In this document: positions 1 to 8,687 of the stretch, in pieces
Position numbering within the stretch: the stretch's first letter is position 1
Layout of the letters: each line of letters starts with the position of its first letter
Source of the DNA: Alteromonas sp.
GTDB taxonomy: Bacteria > Margulisbacteria > Marinamargulisbacteria > UBA6595
Assembly (NCBI GenBank): GCA_964220215.1
Contig: CAXPTH010000015.1
Location: 1 to 11,081 of the forward strand
DNA length: 11,081 nt
Direction: 5' to 3'
Translations under genes and position numbers: made by a program
The notes under the pieces: generated by a model
What the model was told of the DNA's origin: nothing
Database searches by the model: none
What the model saw: the letters and a program-made list of their open reading frames with translations, nothing else

Positions 1-88
1 CTTTGGTTAATTTGGGGTATTGCTGAAGCCATTCAATTAAATGATCAATGTCGGATTGATCAATAGTGTCATTAACTAATTTTATCAT
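1..88 (-). CDS. DegT/DnrJ/EryC1/StrS family PLP-dependent enzyme (possibly ColD-like 3-dehydratase), N-terminal fragment running off the window
   Basis: Not in ORF track. ATG at 88-86 overlaps the end of the GDP-fucose synthase gene; manual translation MIKLVNDTIDQSDIDHLIEWLQQYPKLTK resembles the N-terminus of DegT-family sugar enzymes; only 29 codons visible. Confidence 0.7.
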   Translation of the reverse strand, partial: MIKLVNDTIDQSDIDHLIEWLQQYPKLTK

Positions 89-956
89 AAACCACCTTAA
101 GCATTGCTTTAAAATCCGAAAATTCAAAACTAGGGAACAATTCAGTTAATCGAGAGGCATCAACATCTTTACGATATTGGCCATCTAATTCAGGGTTTGA
201 GTAGACAATTGGCAGAGATTTTCCAACAGCATCCAATGCCATTTGTGCCATTTCATGAATAGAATAATTATACTTGGGCGCAATATTTAAGTGTTCAGTA
301 ATATTATTTGTAATCATAAGCTGTATCACTTTAGCACAATCACCAGCATATATAAATTGCCTCAAGGGTTTGCCCGTGCCAAGAAGATTCAAGTTTGATT
401 TAGATGTCTTTATTTTTTTAAGCAATGCAGTAATAAAATGCATTTTTGACTGGTTACTAAAATTATCCAATTCACTAAATAAATTACAGGGTATAACGTA
501 GTTCCATTGATATCCAAACTGTTGGTTGTATGCGTCAATTTGAACAGCCAACGCACGTTTGCTGTAAGCGTAACTAAAATTTGTTGGAGTTGGAGGACCT
601 GAAAAAATTGACCCAATGCCCATTGGGTAATGATCCACGTTGTCTGGGTAAATACATGTACTTAGAATTCCAATAAGGCGGTGAACGGCATACCGATGGC
701 ACATGCGTACGACGTTCGTGTTTATTAAAATGTTATCATCAAAATAATCCGCTGGGTATTGAATGTTATCTTGAATCCCACCGACACGCGCTGCAGCATG
801 AATGACCAGTTTTGGTTTGTGGTGTTTGAATAATGCATCCACTTGATTTAAATCTCGCAAATCAGCATCATGACTCGAACAACAAAAAGCTTCAGGAAAC
901 AAATGGTTTAAATGTTTCCCCAACATGCCAGAACCGCCAGTTATTAAAATTGTCAT
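72..956 (-). CDS. fcl: GDP-L-fucose synthase (GDP-4-keto-6-deoxymannose epimerase/reductase), SDR family
   Basis: ILITGGSGMLG Rossmann motif, HAAARVGGI, STCIYP, YxxxK (YAYSK), DNF...HFITAL, GTGKPLRQFIY. ATG at 956 preferred over TTG 968 because it overlaps the upstream gene's TGA (ATGA) and follows GGAAG. Confidence 0.92.
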   Translation of the reverse strand: MTILITGGSGMLGKHLNHLFPEAFCCSSHDADLRDLNQVDALFKHHKPKLVIHAAARVGGIQDNIQYPADYFDDNILINTNVVRMCHRYAVHRLIGILSTCIYPDNVDHYPMGIGSIFSGPPTPTNFSYAYSKRALAVQIDAYNQQFGYQWNYVIPCNLFSELDNFSNQSKMHFITALLKKIKTSKSNLNLLGTGKPLRQFIYAGDCAKVIQLMITNNITEHLNIAPKYNYSIHEMAQMALDAVGKSLPIVYSNPELDGQYRKDVDASRLTELFPSFEFSDFKAMLKVVYDKIS

Positions 957-1789
957 ACTTTCTTCCAATGATCAAACAATAAATCATTTAGCGTGTGGTT
1001 GCTGTTTTTACCGAACCATAGGGTCGGTGCCACAACGGTTCCGGTTTGGCTACTCATGTAGGCTCCCCACCAACTAAACGATGAGTTGGCAATGATGTGG
1101 TGGTGGCAACGGGTCATTAAATACAACTCGTTAATATCCGTTGATTCAATAAAGTGAAAGCGTCGGTATTGGTGATACCGGTCACGGTAATGGCGAATAT
1201 AGCGGTATGGACGTGGGGTTGTGATGGTTTTGAACGCTCGTTTGCACCAATTAATATCATCTGAAAAAACAATAAAATTGGCATTGTCTGGAAACTGTTA
1301 CAGTGCTTTTTGATAATAATTGCTTTCTGAAAGAACGGGGTGTTTTTTTTTGAATTTAAGATAATCCCCCCGACGAATATGCACGGCAATTGGTGTGTCC
1401 CAATTTTCGGGTTCATACTGTTGATGAATTGTATTAATCGTGGACTTGGGAAGCTGAAATAATTTCAAAATTTCTGATCGGTATGAATCAAAGTACCGGT
1501 ATGATTGAAAGTATCCCCGCAACAGCATGTCTGTTTTGGTTTTAGGTAAGGCATCATACTCAAATCGAGGTTCTTGGTATACCCAGGCATCGTCCAACGG
1601 CTTGGGTTGGGTGGACAGAGTGTGAAAATACGAATCCCAATACACCGGTTTGGGTTTAAATATGGAAGGGCTATGATGAATTTTGTGAAACACAGCCGGT
1701 ATGCTATGGGTCCAGCTGTACGCTAGCGTTGTAGCAATTTGAAAGAGCTGGTTGCCCAACCCCCCCATCAAATCACACGATACGGCCAT
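953..1789 (-). pseudogene. GT11 alpha-1,2-fucosyltransferase with one in-frame premature TAA at 1298-1300
   Basis: GGLGNQLFQ, GYFQS and VHIRRGDY before the stop; the same frame continues after TAA with FIVFSDDINWCK, DINELYLMTRCHHHIIANSSFSWWGAY, VVAPTLWF to TGA at 953-955 (279 codons in total). Confidence 0.9.
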
Positions 1790-2842
1790 TTAATAATACA
1801 CCTGTTCGTTGTTAGTAACGAGTGCCCAATCGGCTGTTGCCATGATGCTTACGAGCTCTTTAAAAGAAACCGAGTGTTCCCAGCCCAATTGGGTTTTCGC
1901 TTTGGTGGCATCGCCCACGAGGAGATCCACTTCGGTGGGGCGGAAATAATTGGGATCAATGCGAACAATGGGGGCATTGGTATCGGTTCGAATGCCCACT
2001 TCATCCACGCCGCTACCCACCCAGGCCAAAGGAATGTCCAGGCAGGCACAGGTGGCTTCAACAAAGTCACGGACCGAATGCGTTTCACCCGTTGCAGCCA
2101 CATAGTCATCCGGGGTCTCTTGCTGGAGCATTAGCCACATCATCTGCACATAGTCGGGGGCGTACCCCCAATCGCGCTGGGCCTCTAAATTACCCAAATA
2201 CAAACACTCTTGCTGCCCGGCCTTAATACTGGCCAAGGCATGGGTAATTTTTCGGGTCACAAAGGTTCGCCCACGCCGCGGGGATTCATGGTTGAATAAA
2301 ATACCATTGCTGGCATGGAGGTTGTACGCTTCTCGGTAATTGACCACAATCCAATACCCATACAATTTGGCCACACCATACGGTGAGCGGGGATAAAATG
2401 GCGTGGTTTCTGACTGCGGAACAGATTGAACCTTACCATATAGTTCAGACGTTGACGCTTGATACAGCCGACAGGGCACTTGAGTATCCCGAATGGCATC
2501 CAAGAGGCGCAAGGTTCCCAACGCATCCACTTGGGCCGTGTACTCGGGGATATCAAAGGATACTTTAACATGGGACTGAGCCGCTAAATTATAAATTTCA
2601 TCGGGTTGTATTTTCTCTAATAACCGATTCAAATTGGTCGCATCTGTTAAATCCCCATAATGCAAGGTTAGTCGGGTATCGGGGAGGTGATGATCTTGGT
2701 AAATGGGGTCGATACGCTTGGTATTAAAACTGCTGGACCGTCGAATAATTCCATGCACGGCATACCCCTTTTCAAGCAACAATTCCGCTAGATACGATCC
2801 GTCTTGTCCGGTAATTCCGGTAATGAGTGCTGTTTTGGGCAT
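1790..2842 (-). CDS. gmd: GDP-mannose 4,6-dehydratase
   Basis: [76 protein letters not shown]; its stop abuts the ATG of the GT11 gene. Confidence 0.98.
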   Translation of the reverse strand: MPKTALITGITGQDGSYLAELLLEKGYAVHGIIRRSSSFNTKRIDPIYQDHHLPDTRLTLHYGDLTDATNLNRLLEKIQPDEIYNLAAQSHVKVSFDIPEYTAQVDALGTLRLLDAIRDTQVPCRLYQASTSELYGKVQSVPQSETTPFYPRSPYGVAKLYGYWIVVNYREAYNLHASNGILFNHESPRRGRTFVTRKITHALASIKAGQQECLYLGNLEAQRDWGYAPDYVQMMWLMLQQETPDDYVAATGETHSVRDFVEATCACLDIPLAWVGSGVDEVGIRTDTNAPIVRIDPNYFRPTEVDLLVGDATKAKTQLGWEHSVSFKELVSIMATADWALVTNNEQVYY

Positions 2843-2848
2843 CGGCTG

Positions 2849-3442
2849 TTAAAACGGATCCACCATGCCTTCTTGGACCACGCTGACGATTTCGGGGATG
2901 TCTTCTTTGAGTCGGTTCTCAATGCCCATTTTTAAGGTAAACGTTGCGCTGGGGCAGGCACTGCAGGCGCCTTGAAGGTTTAAGGTTAAAATGCCGTCTT
3001 TGAACGACTTGAATTGGACATCGCCCCCGTCCATGGCAACAGCGGGCCGGATTTCATCGTTTAAAATTTGCTTGATTTTTTCAGTTGCGGCATCGTCATC
3101 GGTTTCTTCATCCACTTGAGCGGCTTGCAACTCTTTGGCCACCGTGGCATCAATAATCGCCGCGCCGGTTTTCATGTAGGCTTTAATTGTTTCAGTAACC
3201 GTTTCGGCCAAATCCCCCCACGCTGCAGTATTGGTTTTGGTAACGCTGATGAAAAATTGCCCTAGCATCACCGCATCCACACCGGTGATGGCAAATAATT
3301 GCTCAACCAATGGCGAATGGTTCGCCAAGGACGCATCGCTAAAATCAACAGTTCCAGACTCTAAAATAGTGGTGTTGACCACAAACTTTAGGGTGTTGGG
3401 GTTTGGGGTCACTTGGGCATATATATCGTGGTTATCGGTCAT
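2849..3442 (-). CDS. NifU/Nfu family Fe-S cluster carrier (N-terminal scaffold domain plus C-terminal NifU domain)
   Basis: TPNPNTLKF N-terminal motif; IRPAVAMDGGDV and LQGACSACPSATFTLKMGIE (CxxC); GAGG SD upstream. Confidence 0.95.
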   Translation of the reverse strand: MTDNHDIYAQVTPNPNTLKFVVNTTILESGTVDFSDASLANHSPLVEQLFAITGVDAVMLGQFFISVTKTNTAAWGDLAETVTETIKAYMKTGAAIIDATVAKELQAAQVDEETDDDAATEKIKQILNDEIRPAVAMDGGDVQFKSFKDGILTLNLQGACSACPSATFTLKMGIENRLKEDIPEIVSVVQEGMVDPF

Positions 3443-3480
3443 GGTTTAATCCTCATTATGTTTACTATCACTCACACATA

Positions 3481-3489
3481 ATCATACCA
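3481..3489 (-). promoter_or_regulatory. Putative extended -10 promoter (TGgTATGAT) for the nifU-gmd operon
   Basis: Minus strand reads TGGTATGAT about 40 nt upstream of the nifU ATG; a second TATGAT lies 10 nt further upstream. Confidence 0.45.
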
Positions 3490-3540
3490 CATCATACGCA
3501 CCATACACAGCCACGGTGGGTAGGTGTGCCGGAATGAAGG

Positions 3541-4524
3541 TTAGTGAATTTGGGCTAGAAATGATTCAAATACCTTGGGTTTTTTTGTGGAATAGACGCC
3601 GTTTTCTAAATATTGGTTCATGTGGGCATAGTTTTCGTCTGCTATGGATTCCCAATGGCGCAGATTGGATAAAATGGACTCAATCGCAGGCACGACAGGC
3701 GCTTTATCGTTGATGCAGTAAAAATTGTCCAGTTTGGGGAATGGAATTAACAACGTATAGGTACTGGGCAGTTGGGTAGATAAAATGATCGAACGAGTCA
3801 GCATGCCTTCATAATGCCGATATGTCCATCGCGCAAATCCCGTTGGGCATAAGGCAATTTTGCTTTTGGCTAAGGAACGTAAGTACCAAAATCGTTGTTT
3901 CACACCATTAACACTGATGCGTTTAATGGTGGCGTCATCCAGTTTAAGATTCGGAATTTTTAATAACGGTTTTTTGTAGCTTGGGTTAATTAGACCCCCA
4001 TAAAATTTTATTTTCTTTTGTTGTTTAAGCTCATTCACCCAATCAATCCGTTGATGATAGCCGCCAAAACACGTTGCGCCGCCCAAAAAACTGCAATCAT
4101 ACCGTCGGCGGCATAGCCACGTGGGTGCCATGTTATAAAAGGATCTAAATCGAATTGGTAAGCAACCAATGTGCTGAACAGGGTACTCAAGCCCCCGATC
4201 GATTGCCGGCTTTAAGAGTGTTTGTGCCACACTGGAAAATCGCTCTAAATCATCTAGGCATGTTGCTTCCACTGAATCATCAAATACACACAATGCACAA
4301 TGCTTCCATTGAATAGTATCGAGAGCATCGAGCGATACTGGGGATGGTAAACATATAAATAAATATTCGGTTTTGATGGGGCTATGAGTTGCAAGATTGT
4401 CGGGTTCAATGACGCATATTGCATCGTTTGTTGTGAAAAAACGCAAAAAATTAGCGAGCGTTATTCCTTTTTGGTCATCACCGATTGCTGAGTTGCTTAG
4501 AATAATGGTCGCAAAATAATTCAT
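3541..4524 (-). CDS. Hypothetical protein, probable glycosyltransferase (GT-B C-terminal-like; exostosin/CgeB-like motif)
   Basis: Long ORF; RRYDCSFLGG and LAKSKIALCPTGFARWTYRHYEGM resemble the S-K-x-x-L-C-P-x-G...R-x-Y-E motif of exostosin-like/CgeB-like proteins. ATG 4524 chosen over TTG 4554; start uncertain. Confidence 0.55.
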   Translation of the reverse strand: MNYFATIILSNSAIGDDQKGITLANFLRFFTTNDAICVIEPDNLATHSPIKTEYLFICLPSPVSLDALDTIQWKHCALCVFDDSVEATCLDDLERFSSVAQTLLKPAIDRGLEYPVQHIGCLPIRFRSFYNMAPTWLCRRRYDCSFLGGATCFGGYHQRIDWVNELKQQKKIKFYGGLINPSYKKPLLKIPNLKLDDATIKRISVNGVKQRFWYLRSLAKSKIALCPTGFARWTYRHYEGMLTRSIILSTQLPSTYTLLIPFPKLDNFYCINDKAPVVPAIESILSNLRHWESIADENYAHMNQYLENGVYSTKKPKVFESFLAQIH

Positions 4525-4564
4525 GATCTTGGTTGATTTTAGCACAAAGACCAATTGATAAATA

Positions 4565-4577
4565 GGTACTCAGTACC
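4565..4577 (-). terminator. Small hairpin just downstream of the tRNA (weak terminator or processing signal)
   Basis: GGTAC-TGA-GTACC followed by TATTT on the minus strand, 2 nt after the CCA end; short stem, poor U-tract. Confidence 0.3.
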
Positions 4578-4579
4578 AC

Positions 4580-4656
4580 TGGCGCGCCTGATAGGACTTG
4601 AACCTATTACCTCCAGTTCCGCAAACTGACGCTCTATCCGGATGAGCTACAGGCGC
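4580..4656 (-). tRNA. tRNA-Arg (anticodon GCG)
   Basis: Reverse complement folds as GCGCCTG TA GCTC-ATCCGGATA-GAGC G TCAGT-TTGCGGA-ACTGG AGGTA ATAGG-TTCAAGT-CCTAT CAGGCGC G CCA; 77 nt, encoded CCA, anticodon at 4622-4620. Confidence 0.97.
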
Positions 4657-4678
4657 TAATGCGAGACCCTCTCCTTTA

Positions 4679-4707
4679 AGTATACAGCAATTAAAATAAG
4701 TTGTTTA
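4679..4707 (-). promoter_or_regulatory. Putative sigma70 promoter of the tRNA
   Basis: TAAACA-N17-TATACT on the minus strand, ending 22 nt upstream of the tRNA 5' end. Confidence 0.5.
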
Positions 4708-5944
4708 GTTGTTGTTGGAGCTGATTGTTGATTTTTTCCGTTTCAGTTTGAATCGATCGGTTAATTTCCGCATCGAGTTCTTTCTTTTTTTCTTCAACCT
4801 GAGATTCAACCTGGCGCTTGAGGCGGTCCGCTTCTCGCTGGAGCGCCCGATTGGCGGCACGCCGAATATGTTGGTCAATGTCACAGGCAACGCCAATGGT
4901 CGGTTGTGTTACCGTCCCCCCGAGGTCAATAGCCAAGGTGGTTTGATCCACCATCGACACACTATCGGATACTGTATCGTCGGTGATTGCATCGGGATTA
5001 ATCTGCAATGGCTGGGCTACGGTTGTAATGGTACCCGTTAGGCTTTGATCCTCTATCCGAATATGGCCGTCAGTCGCTAGATGTGCGTGTGTAATGCTCG
5101 GATTTTGAAATTCGGGATCAACGCGGTTAAACACTATGTGGGTTTGGGCCGGTTCTTCCCGGGCATCGATGGTTATATTTAGGGTTGTAACCCGATTTCC
5201 CGCTTGCGTGTGGCCATCAACGGTGGTTGGTCGATTAATTTTTACTTGATCGGTGGTGATGTTGCGAATCGCAAGATTGACGGTGGCATCGGCGTGCTGA
5301 CCCGAGGCGGTGATTGATCGAATCCATAGCCGTGGCCATGGGGAGGTGTCTGGCAAATCAATGGTTTGCCCAAGAAAATCCTTGCCTTCCGGCTTGTCAG
5401 ATTTGGCCTCGCGATAGCGCTGAATCCATGCACTGACCTGATTGTAGTACTCCAAGTACACATCCCCGCGGTCTCGAATGAGGGCCTCTAGTTTTTTTGA
5501 GTCCAGGCCCTGGGCGGTGATGAACTCGCCAAGATCAATCGACTGGGGTGGGGCTGATTTTGTTTTGGGCGATTCAGTGTTTGCTTGGTTTGTTTGAGAG
5601 GGACTGGTGTCGCGGGGTTGGTGGGTCATAAAATCGGTAATCTCAACCGTATCAATAATAAGCTTTTGGCTGAGGAGCGGTAACAATCGCAAACTGATAT
5701 GCGCATGCTTGACGCGCAGCCAATCCAGGCTCGGATCCTCTGCATCCACGAACGCAAGATCTTCAATCGATACGCGAAGTGGCAGGACCGACACAGATAC
5801 CGACTCAATATGAACGGGTGCCCCATTCGCTGTTTCAAGACTCCGAATCAGCCCCGCTTTAACCCAGGTGTCTAAAAAAAATAGGGAAACGATTCCCCAT
5901 AGACCAACACCAATCGCTGCGATAATTAATGCTTTTTTTCTCAT
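4691..5944 (-). CDS. TIGR03545-like protein (N-terminal membrane anchor, AsmA-like region, C-terminal coiled coil)
   Basis: N-terminal TM followed by FLDTWVKAGL..LETANGAPVHI; LLPLLSQKLIID; G..IDLP...PWPRLWIRSI; E/K/Q-rich C-terminus; ATGA overlap with a TIGR03546-like gene. Confidence 0.8.
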   Translation of the reverse strand: MRKKALIIAAIGVGLWGIVSLFFLDTWVKAGLIRSLETANGAPVHIESVSVSVLPLRVSIEDLAFVDAEDPSLDWLRVKHAHISLRLLPLLSQKLIIDTVEITDFMTHQPRDTSPSQTNQANTESPKTKSAPPQSIDLGEFITAQGLDSKKLEALIRDRGDVYLEYYNQVSAWIQRYREAKSDKPEGKDFLGQTIDLPDTSPWPRLWIRSITASGQHADATVNLAIRNITTDQVKINRPTTVDGHTQAGNRVTTLNITIDAREEPAQTHIVFNRVDPEFQNPSITHAHLATDGHIRIEDQSLTGTITTVAQPLQINPDAITDDTVSDSVSMVDQTTLAIDLGGTVTQPTIGVACDIDQHIRRAANRALQREADRLKRQVESQVEEKKKELDAEINRSIQTETEKINNQLQQQLNNLF

Positions 5945-6474
5945 AATCGCAACAGCCGTTTAAGTTTAAATACCCACTGAATCAGCAGGCTTTTTTGCAA
6001 TCGTTGGACCCATCGGGAGTGGGCGAGTTTGGGTTTTATGGATACCTGCCCGTAGTGAATGCCGGCATAGGTTAAGCCATAAATCGGAAGCCATAAGCAC
6101 AGCCCTAATATAATGGTACCCAATTGAACCGTATTGTTAAGCTGAAACCCAGACACCACGGGTAGGTTGTGCAGGTAGGTGATCCAGTCCACGGTTGTGC
6201 TGTTTTGGGTTAGGCAATAATAGCCAATGCGATGCGCAAGCGGAAAGGCGAATTGATCCAATCCATTCACAATGCCCATACCCAAGACAACTGTTCCAAT
6301 GTTGATGTTGACAAAAGCAACGATCAACACAATCAAGAGCGTATACAACAAATTGCCGGGTGTTAGGCCAATGAGCAGGCCAAAACTAAATCCAGCAGCC
6401 AGTTGCTTCACGCTAGCTTTGGACAAAATTAATTTCAAAATATTTTTAATAATGGCGAGTATTAAAATTGTCAT
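5941..6474 (-). CDS. TIGR03546-like (DUF2062-related) membrane protein
   Basis: QLAAGFSFGLLIGLTP, NINIG, AHRIGY, LHNLPVV..FQLNNTVQLG pattern; hydrophobic; paired with the TIGR03545-like gene. Confidence 0.85.
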   Translation of the reverse strand: MTILILAIIKNILKLILSKASVKQLAAGFSFGLLIGLTPGNLLYTLLIVLIVAFVNINIGTVVLGMGIVNGLDQFAFPLAHRIGYYCLTQNSTTVDWITYLHNLPVVSGFQLNNTVQLGTIILGLCLWLPIYGLTYAGIHYGQVSIKPKLAHSRWVQRLQKSLLIQWVFKLKRLLRL

Positions 6475-6497
6475 ATAGTGATTAAATTATACCAAAC

Positions 6498-8630
6498 TTA
6501 ATGCCGTTCGGGTAGCCATGTTCGACTGTAGAGGGACGTTCCGTCGGTTTGAAAGGCAATGGCCCCGTGATGGTCTGTCCGATAGAGTTTGATGGCTCGC
6601 CAGTGGCAGGCATCGAGTGTTTGGGGGTGGGGGTGACGGTAGCGATTGTTTCGGCCGGCGCTAACAATGCCAATGTGGGGCGATACGGCGTCTAGAAATT
6701 CTGGAATACTGGATGTCTTGCTGCCGTGATGCCCCAGTTTGAGTACCGTGGCCGGTAGGTGGTCGCTATGGTGGGCCATCAACGCACGCTCACCGATGGC
6801 TTCTAGATCCCCCGTGAGTAAAAATTGATGATTGCCATATTGTACCCGCGTTGTGATGGATTGGTTGTTGATCGTGTTGTGGGTGTTGGGGGGGTATAAG
6901 ACGTCCAGCACGGTTCCGTCATCAAAGGTGTAGCGCGTGTTGGTTCCGCTGCCCTGAAGAACCGTCCCAAGGGTAAATTGGCGTGCGAGGGTCTCAAAAC
7001 CCCCCACATGGTCGCGGTGGGGATGGGTTAAAATGACCACATCAATCGCAGTGACACCCAAGCGACGCAAGGCCGGCCCCAAGACGTATCGCCCACTGCC
7101 TGGTGGGCCTGTGTCCACCACAATTGTGTAGCGGTTGGGGGTTTGAATGATGCAACTGTCGCCCTGACCCACGTCCAAAAAGACAATGCGCAACGGCTGG
7201 GTGAGCCACAGGCTGGGCAACCACAGTCCCACCATCAGTGCTAGGCCACAGGCACCGTAATAGCGGTTAAATTGAATGGGGTTGCGTTGGGTGGCCAATT
7301 TGGCAATCAAGGCATACAGGGCTAGAACAACCCAAAGTGACGGCTTGCCTAACGATACAACCATGCCGGGCCACTGTGCAACCGTATTCACCAGTCCCGT
7401 GAGCAGTTGCATCATGCCCAAGCAGCTAAAATTAATCCAATCGGTGATGATGGGGGCCAGAAGCCCAATGGCACTGGAAAAAAATCCAATAATCACCAGC
7501 CATTCAATCCAAAACCCCACAACCATATTGGTTAGCAACGATCCGGTTGAAATTTGCCCAAACACAAACCAGAGTGCGGCTGCGGTAAATAAAAATGGGG
7601 CGATGCTCATGGCTAAGATGAGGGATAGCCAGGGGGGCCATGCCGGTAGGCTGCGTGTGATTTGCGGGACCCCAAAGATGAGGGCGGCGGTGGCTAAAAA
7701 AGATAAATGTGTGCCGGTTTGCAACCAAGACAGGGGGTTGATGAGGCCCAGAATGGCCAAGGTGGTGCCCATGATATGCAAGGGGGATGTGCGTTGATGG
7801 CGCCATTTCAGCATTAAGGCCAACATCATCATCACCATGGCTCGGAAAATGGAGGGCCCCCCACCGGTCATGATGTAAAACAACCCATTGATCAAGCCAA
7901 TCCCGATAATCCGATTGCGCATGGATAGCCCCATGAGTTGCAATATATTGAAACAAATACCGGAAATTAAGGCGACTTTGGACCCCGATACGACGAGCAA
8001 ATGGGTGAGCCCTGTGCGTTGAAAATTATCCACCCATTCATCCGGCAATTGGGTACCGTGTTGCCCAAACACCAGTCCAATGAGTAAATCGCGGTAGTTG
8101 GGGGGCAGTGTTCGGGCGTGAATTTGCTGAATGCGGTGCTTTAAGGTATAGGCAATTGGGGCCAATGGGTTTAGAATCAATCGACCCGTTTGGGTGTATG
8201 AGGTAATTCGCAAATGGCCGGCATGCCGGTGCTTTTTCAAATACAGGCCATAGTCAAATCCGCCCGGGTTGGTGGGCGGCTCTGGGGTGATTCGGGTGGC
8301 TTGAATGGTTAAAATATCACCATAGTGTAGGGCATCGAGAGGGGTTTTTCTGGGTAGATTGGCCACCCATGTGCGCCCCCAGGGGTATGCACGAACGGTT
8401 AGTTTAGCTGTGTGGGTGGGTGGGGTTAGGACGCGAACCCGCTCGGGGATCGTATCGACCGGGGTTAGGCAGTAGTGGGTATACACAATGCCAAATCCAG
8501 CCGCGATGACCGCCACGCTGGGGTTCTTGATGGGGCGAATAACAAGTAAAAGGCCAATCAGTACCAAGACACCAATAAAAATGGGCTGAGCATGCCAAAC
8601 ACTTAAAATGCCTGCTAAATATCCGGCCAA
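6498..8630 (-). CDS. comEC: DNA internalization competence protein ComEC/Rec2
   Basis: NPGGFDY, GLTHLLVVSG competence domain, LSF, multiple TM helices, metallo-beta-lactamase domain with FLDVGQGD, THPHRDH, LLTGD, GHHGS, NRYRHPH. Start uncertain: frame is open to 8684 with no ATG. Confidence 0.95.
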   Translation of the reverse strand: MAGYLAGILSVWHAQPIFIGVLVLIGLLLVIRPIKNPSVAVIAAGFGIVYTHYCLTPVDTIPERVRVLTPPTHTAKLTVRAYPWGRTWVANLPRKTPLDALHYGDILTIQATRITPEPPTNPGGFDYGLYLKKHRHAGHLRITSYTQTGRLILNPLAPIAYTLKHRIQQIHARTLPPNYRDLLIGLVFGQHGTQLPDEWVDNFQRTGLTHLLVVSGSKVALISGICFNILQLMGLSMRNRIIGIGLINGLFYIMTGGGPSIFRAMVMMMLALMLKWRHQRTSPLHIMGTTLAILGLINPLSWLQTGTHLSFLATAALIFGVPQITRSLPAWPPWLSLILAMSIAPFLFTAAALWFVFGQISTGSLLTNMVVGFWIEWLVIIGFFSSAIGLLAPIITDWINFSCLGMMQLLTGLVNTVAQWPGMVVSLGKPSLWVVLALYALIAKLATQRNPIQFNRYYGACGLALMVGLWLPSLWLTQPLRIVFLDVGQGDSCIIQTPNRYTIVVDTGPPGSGRYVLGPALRRLGVTAIDVVILTHPHRDHVGGFETLARQFTLGTVLQGSGTNTRYTFDDGTVLDVLYPPNTHNTINNQSITTRVQYGNHQFLLTGDLEAIGERALMAHHSDHLPATVLKLGHHGSKTSSIPEFLDAVSPHIGIVSAGRNNRYRHPHPQTLDACHWRAIKLYRTDHHGAIAFQTDGTSLYSRTWLPERH

Positions 8631-8678
8631 AGCCCAGAACAGCGTATAGTATGACGTTAGATATTTTTTAATTAAGTA

Positions 8679-8687
8679 ATTATATCA
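8679..8687 (-). promoter_or_regulatory. Extended -10 promoter (TGaTATAAT) upstream of comEC
   Basis: Perfect TGnTATAAT on the minus strand; its TGA is also the stop codon of the displaced DUF2237 3' fragment. Confidence 0.65.

Noticed and set aside
1298..1300. Genome-wide TAA reassignment or Sec/Pyl recoding
   Set aside because: TAA ends gmd, nifU, comEC and fcl at expected positions; Sec and Pyl use TGA and TAG.
1343..1351. A9 tract in GT11 as the cause of truncation (phase variation or frameshift as in H. pylori futC)
   Set aside because: The tract is currently in frame and the C-terminal motifs are in the same frame as the N-terminus; the lesion is a nonsense codon. The 1117..1416 ORF has no GT11 motifs.
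4668..4677. SD-like AAAGGAGAGG on the minus strand in the tRNA leader
   Set aside because: No start codon or ORF follows; the tRNA begins 11 nt later.
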